From Elusimicrobia bacterium GWD2_63_28 (lineage in GTDB: Bacteria; Elusimicrobiota; Elusimicrobia; Elusimicrobiales; UBA9959): a stretch of DNA of 64,000 bases. Positions 54,401 to 62,881 of the stretch are shown here, one piece after another. Location of the stretch: contig MGUI01000044.1 in assembly GCA_001799895.1 (NCBI GenBank), positions 55,483 through 119,482 of the forward strand, read 5' to 3'. A model generated the notes under the pieces. It did not search any database and was not told the origin of the DNA. It saw only the letters and a list, made by a program, of their open reading frames with translations. How positions within the stretch are numbered: position 1 is the stretch's first letter; each line of letters begins with the position of its first letter. A program made the position numbers and the translations under genes.

Positions 54401-57037
54401 ATGAAAATACATAACACTTATCTTTTCGGCAAAGCCCTGGACAAGGCGGCCTGGACCCCGGCCGAGCTGGAGAAGATAGGCCTGCAGGCGCAGGCCGCGC
54501 GCGGACTGCTGCGGGGCGTGCCGCGCGAGTACATCATCGAAACCCTGGCCAAAGCCGGCCAGCTTTTTAAAAAGGGCAGCGCCTACCGCAAGGCCGCGCT
54601 GGCCCACCTCAAGGACCACATCACCTTCTCCGGGCCGGTGATAGAAAAAACCCTCGACGTGATACCCGAACTGCTGAACAAGGCCGCCCTGAACAAGCGC
54701 ATGAACATGGAGTTGTTCCTGCCCTACGCGCTGGAGACCTCCGTGGAGCGGCGCGGCTACTCCGGCCTGATCCGGGCCATGCCCAAGGGCGTGGTGCTGC
54801 ACGTAGGCGCCGGCAACGTCTTCCTGGGCATACTCGACTCGCTGGTCATCGGTTTTCTGACCAAGAACGTCAACATCGTGAAGCTCTCCTCCTCGGGGTC
54901 GAGGTTCATCAACCTCTTCATGGCCGCGCTGGCGGAGGCGGACGAGAAGGGCGCGCTGGCGAAATCCGCCGCGGTGCTCAGCTGGAAAGGCGGCAGCCAG
55001 GGGCTGGAGGAGGCCGCGCTAAAGCACGTCAATGCCGTTTTTGTCTGGGGCGGCTACGACGCCGTGCAGGCCTACCGCAGGATCGCCCCTATCGACGTGC
55101 GCGTGGAGGGATTCGGGCCCAAGACCAGCGTGGGCGTGGTGTTCGAAAGCTGCATAACGCACGAGGGCATGGATAACGTGGCCCGCCGCGCGGCGCTCGA
55201 CGCCTCGCTGTGGGACCAGGCGGCCTGCTCCTCGCTGCATACCCTTTACCTGATAGCGCCCGCGAAAAAGCACAAGGCGCTGGCGGCCGAATTCCTGAAG
55301 TGCGCGAAGACGCATTTCGCGGCCCTGGCCGCCGACCTGCCGCCCGGCAAGCTGTCGCCCGACGAGATGGTGGAGATAACCAAGGCCCGCCAGCTGGCCC
55401 GGGTGGACCAGGCCCTCGGCAACGCCTCCTATATCAGCTCCGCGCCTAAAACCGACTGGACGGTAATTTACGAGAGCGACCCCGTGTACCGCGTCTCGCC
55501 GCTAAACCGCGTGCTTTACGTCAAGACCGTGGAGACTTTGGAAGAGGTGCGCGACCGCCTACTGCCGCTGCGCGGCTATATCCAGACCGTGGGCGTGGGC
55601 GGCTCGATAGAGCGCAAGAAGGTGATGGAGACGCTCGGGCCCGCCGGCATAGCGCGCGTGGTGCGCCTCGGCAAGATGCTCGAGGAGTCCAACGGCTCCC
55701 CGCACGACGGGATCTTCCCGATGATGTCCCTGGTGAACTGGCTGCCGATAGAAGAGAAGCCGTCGCAGCTGGACCGCATCAGCGAACTGGTGGATTACGC
55801 GCGCAGCCGCAGCCCCTTCTACAAGAGGCATTTCAAGGATGTGCCGCGCATAGTGACCGTGGCCGATTTCCAGAAGGTGCCGTTCCTCGAGAAGCACCAC
55901 GTCCTGGAGAACACGCCGCCCGACAGCGCCGACCTGCTGACTTCCAAGGTGCGGCGCGGCATCTTCTTCGCCAGCGGCGGCTCCACGGGCCAGCCGAAAT
56001 ACGTCTTCTACGACCAGCACGAGTACGACCATACCTGCCGCATGCTGGCCTCTTCCATGGAGGCGGCAGGCCTCGGCGAGAAGGACATCATCGCCAACCT
56101 CTTCGTGGCCGGCAACCTCTGGTCCAGCTGGCTCTCCGTGGAAAAGGCCATCGCTTACACCAAGGCCATCTCGGTGCCCGTGGGCAGCAACCTGCCGCTG
56201 GAGAACATCGCCGGGTATCTGCACGATTTCAAGGTGACGGCCGTGGTGGGGCTGCCGTCCTTCCTGGTGAAGATGGCGGAGTTCGCGCGCGCGAACCCCA
56301 AATATAAGATCCCCCTCAGGCATATCTTCTACGGCGGTGAATACGTGGGCGAGGAGATGGTCAAGTTCTTCAAGAGCGTCTTCCCCGGGGTGGACGTCCG
56401 CTCGGCGGGCTACGCCACGGCCGACGCCGGCGTGCTGGGTTTCCAGTGCCCGTCCTGCGTGAAGGGCCAGCACCACCTGTTCGCCTTCAGCCAGTTCATT
56501 GAGTTCGTCAACCAGGACACCATGGAGCCGGTGAAGAAGGGCGAGATCGGCGAGCTGGTGGTGACCGGCCTTTCCAAGAAGCACATGCCCATCATCCGCT
56601 ACCGCGTGGGCGACCTGGGCCGCTGGATCCTGAAACCCTGCGCCTGTGCCCGCAAGGAGCCGCTGTTCGAGATCCTGGGACGCTGCGACGACCGCATACA
56701 CGTCGGCGGAGCGCATTTGTTCGTCAACGACATACAGGAAGCCCTCGGCAAGGTGCCGGACCTGACCTTCAACTTCCAGGTGGTCATAGCCAAGAAGGGC
56801 CACCGCGACACGCTGGACATACGCGTGGAGGTAAAGGACCCCGCCGCGCTGGCGCGCGCCGGGGAGCTGGCGGACCTGCTGTGGCGGGCGCTGGAGAAGC
56901 ACTGCGAGGACCTGCACGAGAGCGTGCGCATGAAGTGGCTGGATAAGCCGGAGATAGAGGTGCTCAAGCCCAATTCCATAGAGCGCATACAGCGCACCGG
57001 CAAGATCCGCAAGGTGATAGACAAGCGCATCGTCTGA
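54401..57037 (+). CDS. Fusion: LuxC-like acyl-CoA/acyl-protein reductase (aa 1 to about 440) plus PaaK/CapK/F390-synthetase-like adenylate-forming domain (about aa 445-878)
   Basis: The N-terminal half has VLHVGAGNVFLGILDSLV...KNVNIVKLSS and LWDQAACSSLHTLYL (candidate acyl-Cys). The C-terminal half has FFASGGSTGQPKYVFY, GLPSF, YGGE and IIRYRVGDLGRW. It is a single 878-codon frame. Confidence 0.7.
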   Translation: MKIHNTYLFGKALDKAAWTPAELEKIGLQAQAARGLLRGVPREYIIETLAKAGQLFKKGSAYRKAALAHLKDHITFSGPVIEKTLDVIPELLNKAALNKRMNMELFLPYALETSVERRGYSGLIRAMPKGVVLHVGAGNVFLGILDSLVIGFLTKNVNIVKLSSSGSRFINLFMAALAEADEKGALAKSAAVLSWKGGSQGLEEAALKHVNAVFVWGGYDAVQAYRRIAPIDVRVEGFGPKTSVGVVFESCITHEGMDNVARRAALDASLWDQAACSSLHTLYLIAPAKKHKALAAEFLKCAKTHFAALAADLPPGKLSPDEMVEITKARQLARVDQALGNASYISSAPKTDWTVIYESDPVYRVSPLNRVLYVKTVETLEEVRDRLLPLRGYIQTVGVGGSIERKKVMETLGPAGIARVVRLGKMLEESNGSPHDGIFPMMSLVNWLPIEEKPSQLDRISELVDYARSRSPFYKRHFKDVPRIVTVADFQKVPFLEKHHVLENTPPDSADLLTSKVRRGIFFASGGSTGQPKYVFYDQHEYDHTCRMLASSMEAAGLGEKDIIANLFVAGNLWSSWLSVEKAIAYTKAISVPVGSNLPLENIAGYLHDFKVTAVVGLPSFLVKMAEFARANPKYKIPLRHIFYGGEYVGEEMVKFFKSVFPGVDVRSAGYATADAGVLGFQCPSCVKGQHHLFAFSQFIEFVNQDTMEPVKKGEIGELVVTGLSKKHMPIIRYRVGDLGRWILKPCACARKEPLFEILGRCDDRIHVGGAHLFVNDIQEALGKVPDLTFNFQVVIAKKGHRDTLDIRVEVKDPAALARAGELADLLWRALEKHCEDLHESVRMKWLDKPEIEVLKPNSIERIQRTGKIRKVIDKRIV

Positions 57038-57057
57038 CGCCTCCGCCGTAAAACAAG

Positions 57058-57089
57058 GAAGGCCCGGGAAACCGGGCCTTCTTTATTTT
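57058..57089. terminator. Bidirectional terminator between convergent genes
   Basis: GAAGGCCCGG-GAAA-CCGGGCCTTC followed by TTTATTTT. Confidence 0.8.
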
Positions 57090-57123
57090 GCGGGGCGGGC
57101 AGGATGAAAAAGATCACTGGCGG

Positions 57124-58392
57124 CTATTGCCCGGCGGCGGACTGGCCGGCCAGGTAGCCCGTGGAGAAAGCCTCCTGCAGGTTGTAACCGCCGGTGATGC
57201 CGTCGAGGTCCAGCACTTCGCCGCAGAAGTAGAGCCCCGGCTGCAGCCGGGATTCCAGGGTGCGCGGATCAACTTCCTTTAAATTCACGCCGCCGCGCGT
57301 CACGGTGGCTTCCTGCAGCGGCCGCGGGCGGGTCAGGCGCAGCCTGAAGTCGGCCAGCAGCCCGGCTATGCGCCCGCGTTCGGCGCCGGTGATGGAGGCG
57401 CATTGCCTGCCGTGGTCTATGCCGCTGCGCCGCTCGAACACGGGGGCCAGGGAAGCCGGCAGGGCTGCTTTGAGGTAGCTGGCGAACTGCTTGGCGCCGT
57501 TGGCCGCGAAGTAGCTCTGTATGGACGCCGCCAGCGCGTCCGGGTTCAGTTCCGGCTTCAGGTTCAGGGAAAGTTCCACTGACGCCCCGGCGGCCAGGGC
57601 GTCCGACGCCGTCCCGCTCAGGACCAGCAGCTTGGGGCCGGACACGCCGAAATGGGTGAACAGCAGCTCTCCTTTGTCCGAAACGGCGGCTTTGCCGTCT
57701 ACGAGTATCGTCAGCCTGATGTCCTGCAGCGTCAGGCCCTGCAGGTCTTTGATGAAAGGCTCGTCCGATTCCAGCGCGGTCAGGCCGGGCCTGAGGGGGA
57801 CTATGGTGTGCCCGCACTGTTTCGCCAGGGCGTAGCCGTCGCCGGTGGAGCCGGTGCCGGGGTAGGACATGCCGCCCGTGGCTATTATCACCTTGTCGCC
57901 AAGCACCCTGCGCCCGTCGGAAAACTCAACACCTTCCAGCGCGCCGTTGCGCAGCAGCAGGGCCGAGGCCCGCCCGGTCAGAGATTTCGCTTTCCCGCGG
58001 CTGACATAGCAGTTCAGCGCGTCCAGCACGCTTTGCGCCTTGTCGTCGGCCGGGAAGACCTTGCCGTCGGGGTCGGTGCGGACCGGCACCCCGAAAGACT
58101 TCAGGAAGCCGGTCAGGTTCTCGGGCGAGAAGACGGAGAAAGCCCTGTACAGGAATTTCCCGTTGGGGCCGAAGGCGGCGATAAAAGCCTTGAGGCCGGC
58201 GCTGTTGGTGACATTGCACCTGCTCCCGCCGGTGAGCAGCAGTTTCAGGCCGGCGCGGTCGTTCTTTTCCAGGAGCGTCACTTTGGCGCCCAGTTCCCCG
58301 GCGCGGCCGGCGGCCATCAGCCCGGCCGGCCCGGCGCCTATTACCAAAATACCGGCGGCGGGGTCGTTCGGAACGGCAGATTTTGAATTCAT
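57124..58392 (-). CDS. HI0933/BaiN-like NAD(P)/FAD-dependent oxidoreductase
   Basis: Motifs VIGAGPAGLMAA, TGGSRCNVTN, GGMSYPGTGSTGDGY, and the C-terminal GGYNLQEAFSTG. Confidence 0.8.
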   Translation of the reverse strand: MNSKSAVPNDPAAGILVIGAGPAGLMAAGRAGELGAKVTLLEKNDRAGLKLLLTGGSRCNVTNSAGLKAFIAAFGPNGKFLYRAFSVFSPENLTGFLKSFGVPVRTDPDGKVFPADDKAQSVLDALNCYVSRGKAKSLTGRASALLLRNGALEGVEFSDGRRVLGDKVIIATGGMSYPGTGSTGDGYALAKQCGHTIVPLRPGLTALESDEPFIKDLQGLTLQDIRLTILVDGKAAVSDKGELLFTHFGVSGPKLLVLSGTASDALAAGASVELSLNLKPELNPDALAASIQSYFAANGAKQFASYLKAALPASLAPVFERRSGIDHGRQCASITGAERGRIAGLLADFRLRLTRPRPLQEATVTRGGVNLKEVDPRTLESRLQPGLYFCGEVLDLDGITGGYNLQEAFSTGYLAGQSAAGQ

Positions 58393-58479
58393 ACTAGGGA
58401 AAATATAGCAATTATGGACGGCCGGCCGCAGTTCCGCGTCTTCCTGAACTCAGACCGGCCTTGTAGTATAATTGCTTGT

Positions 58480-60561
58480 ATGAAAGCTCTCCTTTTCCTC
58501 ATCTTCGCCTCGCAGGCGGCCTGGGCGGCCGGCCCGGCGGCGCCTCCCGCGGACCCCTATCTCTGGCTCGAAGAAATTGACGGGGCGAAGGCGATAGACT
58601 GGGCGCGGGCCCGCAACAATGAGACGCTCTATGAGCTGCAGACCGATCCGCGCTACAAGGCCGCCTACGACCGGGCCCTCGCCATCTACGACTCCAACGA
58701 ACGGATCCCGCGCATAGCGATGCGCGGCGGCTACGCCTACAATTTCTGGCAGGGCCCGGGCAGCCCGAAGGGCCGCTGGCGCCGCGCCCCGCTGTCGGAG
58801 TTCCTGGCAAAAAAGGCCCCCGCCTGGGAGGTGCTCATCGACATCGACATGCTGGCCGCCATAGAAGTAGAGAACTGGGTTTACAAGGCCGCCTCCTGCC
58901 TGCCGCCGGCCGGGGAGCTGTGCCTGATCAGCCTGTCCCGCGGGGGAAAGGACGCCGTGGTGGTGCGCGAGTTCGACGTCCGGAAAAAAGCTTTCGTCGA
59001 AGACGGGTTCAGGCTGGAAGAAAGCAAGAGCGCGGCGGCCTGGCTGGACGCGAACACGCTGCTGCTGGGAGAGGCGCTTTCGGCCGACTCGCTGACGGAT
59101 TCCGGCTACCCCCGCGTAGTCCGCAAGTGGGCCAGGGGGACGGATCCGCGCAAGGCCCCGGTGCTGCTGGAGGGAAAAAAGAGCGACGTCACCGCGGGGG
59201 GCTGGTGCTCTTTCCGGCCGGAAGGCGTCAACTGTTTCGTGGTCCGGGCCCCCTCTTACTTCGAGTCCGAGGTGTTCCTGATCGCCGGAGATAAACTGAA
59301 AAAGATGCCCCTGCCCCCGGACGCGGCGGTGAGCGACGTCTTTAACGGCAAGCTTTTGCTGACCCTGCGCAGCGACTGGAAGCTTAAGGACAAGACCTTC
59401 AAGCAGAATTCCCTGCTGGGCGTAGGCCTGGAAGCGGCCGGGCAGCCCGAAGAGCGGGCGGAGCCCCGCCTGGTTTTTGAGCCGGGCCCCCGGATGACGG
59501 TAGAAGGGGTTTCTCTCACCAGGGACGTCATGCTGCTCACCCTGCTGGACAATGTGAAGGGGCGCATCCTGAAGGTGGGGCCCTCCATAGGCGGCCTGCA
59601 CACCGAGGAAGTGCCGGTGCCGCCCAACGGGGCCGCGTATATCTCGGCGGCCAGCGACTACGCGGGTGAATTCCTGTTCGGTTACCAGAATTTACTGACG
59701 CCGCCGTCGCTTTATTATTCAGGCAAGCCCGGCGCGCCCATCAAGCAGGAGAAGCCCAAGTTCGACGCCTCCGGCTTTGAAACCGAGCAGCGCGAGGCAG
59801 TCAGCGCCGACGGGACGAAGATCCCGTATTTCCTGGTCTCTCCCAAGGGCATGAAGCGCGACGGGAAGAACCCGACCTTGCTTTACGGCTACGGGGGGTT
59901 CGAAAATTCCATGCTGCCCTATTACGCCTCCGTCACGGGCGCCCTCTGGCTGGAGCGGGGCGGCGTTTACGTCCTGGCCAATATCCGCGGGGGCGGCGAG
60001 TTCGGCCCCGTCTGGCACCAGGCCGCGCTAAAGGAGAACCGCCAGAAATCTTTCGACGACTTTATCGCCGTGGCCGAGGACCTCGTCAAGAGCGGCGTTA
60101 CCTCGCCCCCCAAACTGGGCATCTGGGGCGGCAGCAACGGCGGGTTGCTGGTGGGCGCTGTCTCTACGCAGCGGCCGGAGCTGTTCGGCGCCGTGATTTG
60201 CGAGGTGCCGCTGCTGGATATGCTGCGCTACACCAAACTGCCGCCTGGCGCTTCGTGGGTGGGGGAGTTCGGGGACCCGGAGGACCCGGTGCTGGGCCCG
60301 GTCATCGCAAAATATTCCCCGTACCAGAATGTGCGCGCCGGGGTTAAATACCCGGCTATTTTCTTCCTGACCTCCACGAAAGACGACCGGGTACATCCGG
60401 GCCACGCCCGCAAAATGGCCGCCAAACTGAAGGACCTGGGGCACAAGGTCTATTATTACGAGAACATGGACGGCGGGCACAGCGCGGCCGCCAGCAACGC
60501 GGAGTCAGCCAGGCGCCTGGCGCTCGAGTATACGCTGCTGATGCGCAAGCTGATGGACTAG
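58480..60561 (+). CDS. Prolyl oligopeptidase family (S9A) serine peptidase, secreted
   Basis: The signal peptide starts at the ATG at 58480. DPYLWLEE is the family N-terminal motif. The nucleophile is in GGSNGGLL, and DDRVHPGHARK and GGHS complete the triad. Confidence 0.85.
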   Translation: MKALLFLIFASQAAWAAGPAAPPADPYLWLEEIDGAKAIDWARARNNETLYELQTDPRYKAAYDRALAIYDSNERIPRIAMRGGYAYNFWQGPGSPKGRWRRAPLSEFLAKKAPAWEVLIDIDMLAAIEVENWVYKAASCLPPAGELCLISLSRGGKDAVVVREFDVRKKAFVEDGFRLEESKSAAAWLDANTLLLGEALSADSLTDSGYPRVVRKWARGTDPRKAPVLLEGKKSDVTAGGWCSFRPEGVNCFVVRAPSYFESEVFLIAGDKLKKMPLPPDAAVSDVFNGKLLLTLRSDWKLKDKTFKQNSLLGVGLEAAGQPEERAEPRLVFEPGPRMTVEGVSLTRDVMLLTLLDNVKGRILKVGPSIGGLHTEEVPVPPNGAAYISAASDYAGEFLFGYQNLLTPPSLYYSGKPGAPIKQEKPKFDASGFETEQREAVSADGTKIPYFLVSPKGMKRDGKNPTLLYGYGGFENSMLPYYASVTGALWLERGGVYVLANIRGGGEFGPVWHQAALKENRQKSFDDFIAVAEDLVKSGVTSPPKLGIWGGSNGGLLVGAVSTQRPELFGAVICEVPLLDMLRYTKLPPGASWVGEFGDPEDPVLGPVIAKYSPYQNVRAGVKYPAIFFLTSTKDDRVHPGHARKMAAKLKDLGHKVYYYENMDGGHSAAASNAESARRLALEYTLLMRKLMD

Positions 60562-60576
60562 TTCCAGCCCGGGCGC

Positions 60577-60610
60577 AAAAAAAGCCGGGAGGTCCCGGCT
60601 TTTTTATTTT
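60577..60610. terminator. Bidirectional terminator between convergent genes
   Basis: An A-run, then GCCGGGA-GG-TCCCGGC, then a T-run. Confidence 0.8.
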
Positions 60611-60619
60611 CAGGAAGGC

Positions 60620-61738
60620 TTAAGGCAGAACGGTGCGCAGAGTCTGGGCGTTGATGTCGGTGAATTCCTGGCCCAGTATACCCTTCTTCTGAAGGTTAGT
60701 GATGACCATCAGCGGCATGGTGGCCTTAACGTTATAGACCATGTAGGGGATGGTCCACAGCTTTATCTGCCGCTCTTTGGGCAGCACGCGGTTGAGCAGG
60801 ATGAGCAGATTGTTGGTGCAGTTGTTCTTGATGGTGTGGTAGAACTCGCCCTCGCGGTCCACGGCGGCCTGCGTCAGGGACTCGCGCAGCAGGGCGGCCT
60901 TGCCGGCGTGGTCGAGCAGCACGGGGTAGGGCACCAGGTGGCCTTTCTCCTCGTGGATGGTGCGGCCGGCGTATTCTTCCCAGGTGGAAAGGCTCCAGTT
61001 GATGCCGAAGGACTTTTTCAGCCCGGTGAGGGGGGAGAAGCTCTGGCCCACGCGGGTCTTGCCCTCGATGCTGAGCGCCAGGGCCATCGGCTGCTTGCCG
61101 TTGGCGTCCGTCAGGCCGCCTTTTTCGAAGGTGAAGACGAAGAAGGAGTGCGCGGCCACTACTTCCGGCTTGAAGGGCTTCTTGATGAGGTAAATATTCT
61201 TTATCAGCTCCGGCTTGATCGTCATGGTGGTCCACTCGTAGGAGTCGGGAACGGGGACCTCGGCGGAGGACATGCGCACGTTGCCCATCACCATGCGGCC
61301 GTCCTTGTTCTCCAGCAGGGTGGCGGTGCGGCGGCGGGGCTGGTAGGGGGCGGGCACTATTTCGCCGGCCGCGGGCTCGTACTCGGAAATTTCTTCGACC
61401 TTTAGCAGCGAGAGGTCGTCGGCCTGCTTGGCCTGGGCTTCCACGATGACGGTCTTGCCGTCGAACTTGGCGGCCTTGCGGTCGCTCAGGTCCAGCTTGA
61501 AGAGCCGGCCGTCCACGGTATTGAGGTAGGGGCCGTTCTCGGTGACGGAGACCATGCCCCTCAGGGTGTAGTTGACGCCCCAGCTCTTGTCCTGCGGCAG
61601 CTGCAGGCCGGGCAGGGAGAGGTCTTTTACCTGGGAGGCGTTAAAGTTTTGAAGCGCGTAGAAGTTTACTTCGTTCTGTGCGGCGGCGGCCGCGGGGAAG
61701 GCTATGAATACGAGGAGGGAGAGGGTTTTGAATTTCAT
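60620..61738 (-). CDS. Secreted protein, C-terminal half DUF4105-like
   Basis: Signal peptide present. The C-terminal motif is EFYHTIKNNCTNNLLILLN. This is a tentative family call from memory of a YHxxxNNCT-type motif. Confidence 0.45.
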   Translation of the reverse strand: MKFKTLSLLVFIAFPAAAAAQNEVNFYALQNFNASQVKDLSLPGLQLPQDKSWGVNYTLRGMVSVTENGPYLNTVDGRLFKLDLSDRKAAKFDGKTVIVEAQAKQADDLSLLKVEEISEYEPAAGEIVPAPYQPRRRTATLLENKDGRMVMGNVRMSSAEVPVPDSYEWTTMTIKPELIKNIYLIKKPFKPEVVAAHSFFVFTFEKGGLTDANGKQPMALALSIEGKTRVGQSFSPLTGLKKSFGINWSLSTWEEYAGRTIHEEKGHLVPYPVLLDHAGKAALLRESLTQAAVDREGEFYHTIKNNCTNNLLILLNRVLPKERQIKLWTIPYMVYNVKATMPLMVITNLQKKGILGQEFTDINAQTLRTVLP

Positions 61739-61854
61739 GTACTATATCGTACCTGATGCCGGCTCCTCCCGGGAGGGGCCAAGGGCCCTTTAACTTAAGG
61801 CTTTGTTCCTATCCCGGGGTAGGCCTTTAGGCCGCTATTTGATACCATTTGTCC

Positions 61855-62871
61855 ATGCGGATAGAGGTTTTTGACCCCTTAAACGGCTCTCCTGAATTAT
61901 GGGAGGCGTATTTTGCCGTTACGGAAGAGATACGCGAAGAAATTATTCCTGGAGAGCCGAACCTGCCGCGGGAGAAAAGAAAACTCGCGCTGCGGTCGGA
62001 GGCCTCAGAGCTTTATTACCGGAATATCCATTTCCTCGCCTTCGCTGAAGGGGGGGAAGCCGCCGGCTACGCCAGGCTGATCGCAGAAACTCCCGCGTCG
62101 CCGTCCTATGAAGGCAACAAGCATTTGGCAACTATCGGGGTCCTGGTCGCCAAAGCCCACAGGCGCAAAGGTTTAGCCTCTGCGCTTTTCACCCGCGCTC
62201 TTTCCAAAGGCAGGGAACTCTCCCCGGCCTTGAGCGAGGTGAGGTCGCACGCTACGCTTAACTCCGGCTGCCTGTTCCTGGAGAAGCTCGGCGCCAAGCT
62301 TTCCCTGGAGTCGGCCGAAAACAGGCTGCAGCTCGGCAAGGTGAACTGGGAAATGGTCGGGGCCTGGGCCGGAGAAGGCGAGCGCAAAAATCCTGGCACA
62401 AAAGTAGTTACGGCCTTTACGATACCCGAAGAAGATATAGCGGATTTCGGCAGGGCCTACGCCGAGATCTGCGACCAGGAGCCTGTCGGCGGCCTGAAGC
62501 TGCGCAACGAATTTCCTCCTGAGAAGATCCGGGCCGCCGAGCGCAAGCTGGCCGAGCGGGGGATGACCGAGCTCACGATGTATTCAAAAGAGGCCGACGG
62601 GCGGGTGAGCGGCCTGACCGAGATCTTTTATCAGGAGGAGACCGGGCACAAGGTCAGCCAGGGCCTGACCGGGGTGCGGCTGGCCTACAGGGGGCGCGGG
62701 CTGGGCAAGCTGCTCAAGGCCAGGATGCTGCTCCATGTCAGGAAAAATTATCCCGGCGTAAAATATATCGCTACGGGGAACGCCGACTGCAACGCGCCGA
62801 TGCTCGCGATAAACCGCCGGCTGGGGTTCAGCCGGCACCTGTCGGTAAAGGTTTACAGTCTTGAGCTATAA
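61855..62871 (+). CDS. GNAT-family N-acetyltransferase (tandem GNAT-like halves)
   Basis: Motif A-like segments are VLVAKAHRRKGLASALFTRAL and GVRLAYRGRGLGKLLKARML. The C-terminus reads NAPMLAINRRLGF. Confidence 0.65.
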   Translation: MRIEVFDPLNGSPELWEAYFAVTEEIREEIIPGEPNLPREKRKLALRSEASELYYRNIHFLAFAEGGEAAGYARLIAETPASPSYEGNKHLATIGVLVAKAHRRKGLASALFTRALSKGRELSPALSEVRSHATLNSGCLFLEKLGAKLSLESAENRLQLGKVNWEMVGAWAGEGERKNPGTKVVTAFTIPEEDIADFGRAYAEICDQEPVGGLKLRNEFPPEKIRAAERKLAERGMTELTMYSKEADGRVSGLTEIFYQEETGHKVSQGLTGVRLAYRGRGLGKLLKARMLLHVRKNYPGVKYIATGNADCNAPMLAINRRLGFSRHLSVKVYSLEL

Positions 62872-62881
62872 GAACAAACCT

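Noticed and set aside
55559-56917. 452-aa minus-strand ORF
   Set aside because: It is antisense to the adenylating half of the LuxC fusion gene. The same reasoning applies to 39259-40311 (antisense to rtcB), 44010-45425 and 45810-46709 (antisense to sdhA/sdhC), 58450-59601 (antisense to the peptidase gene), 18219-19373 (antisense to AsnB) and 27070-28161 (antisense to the PurM-like gene).
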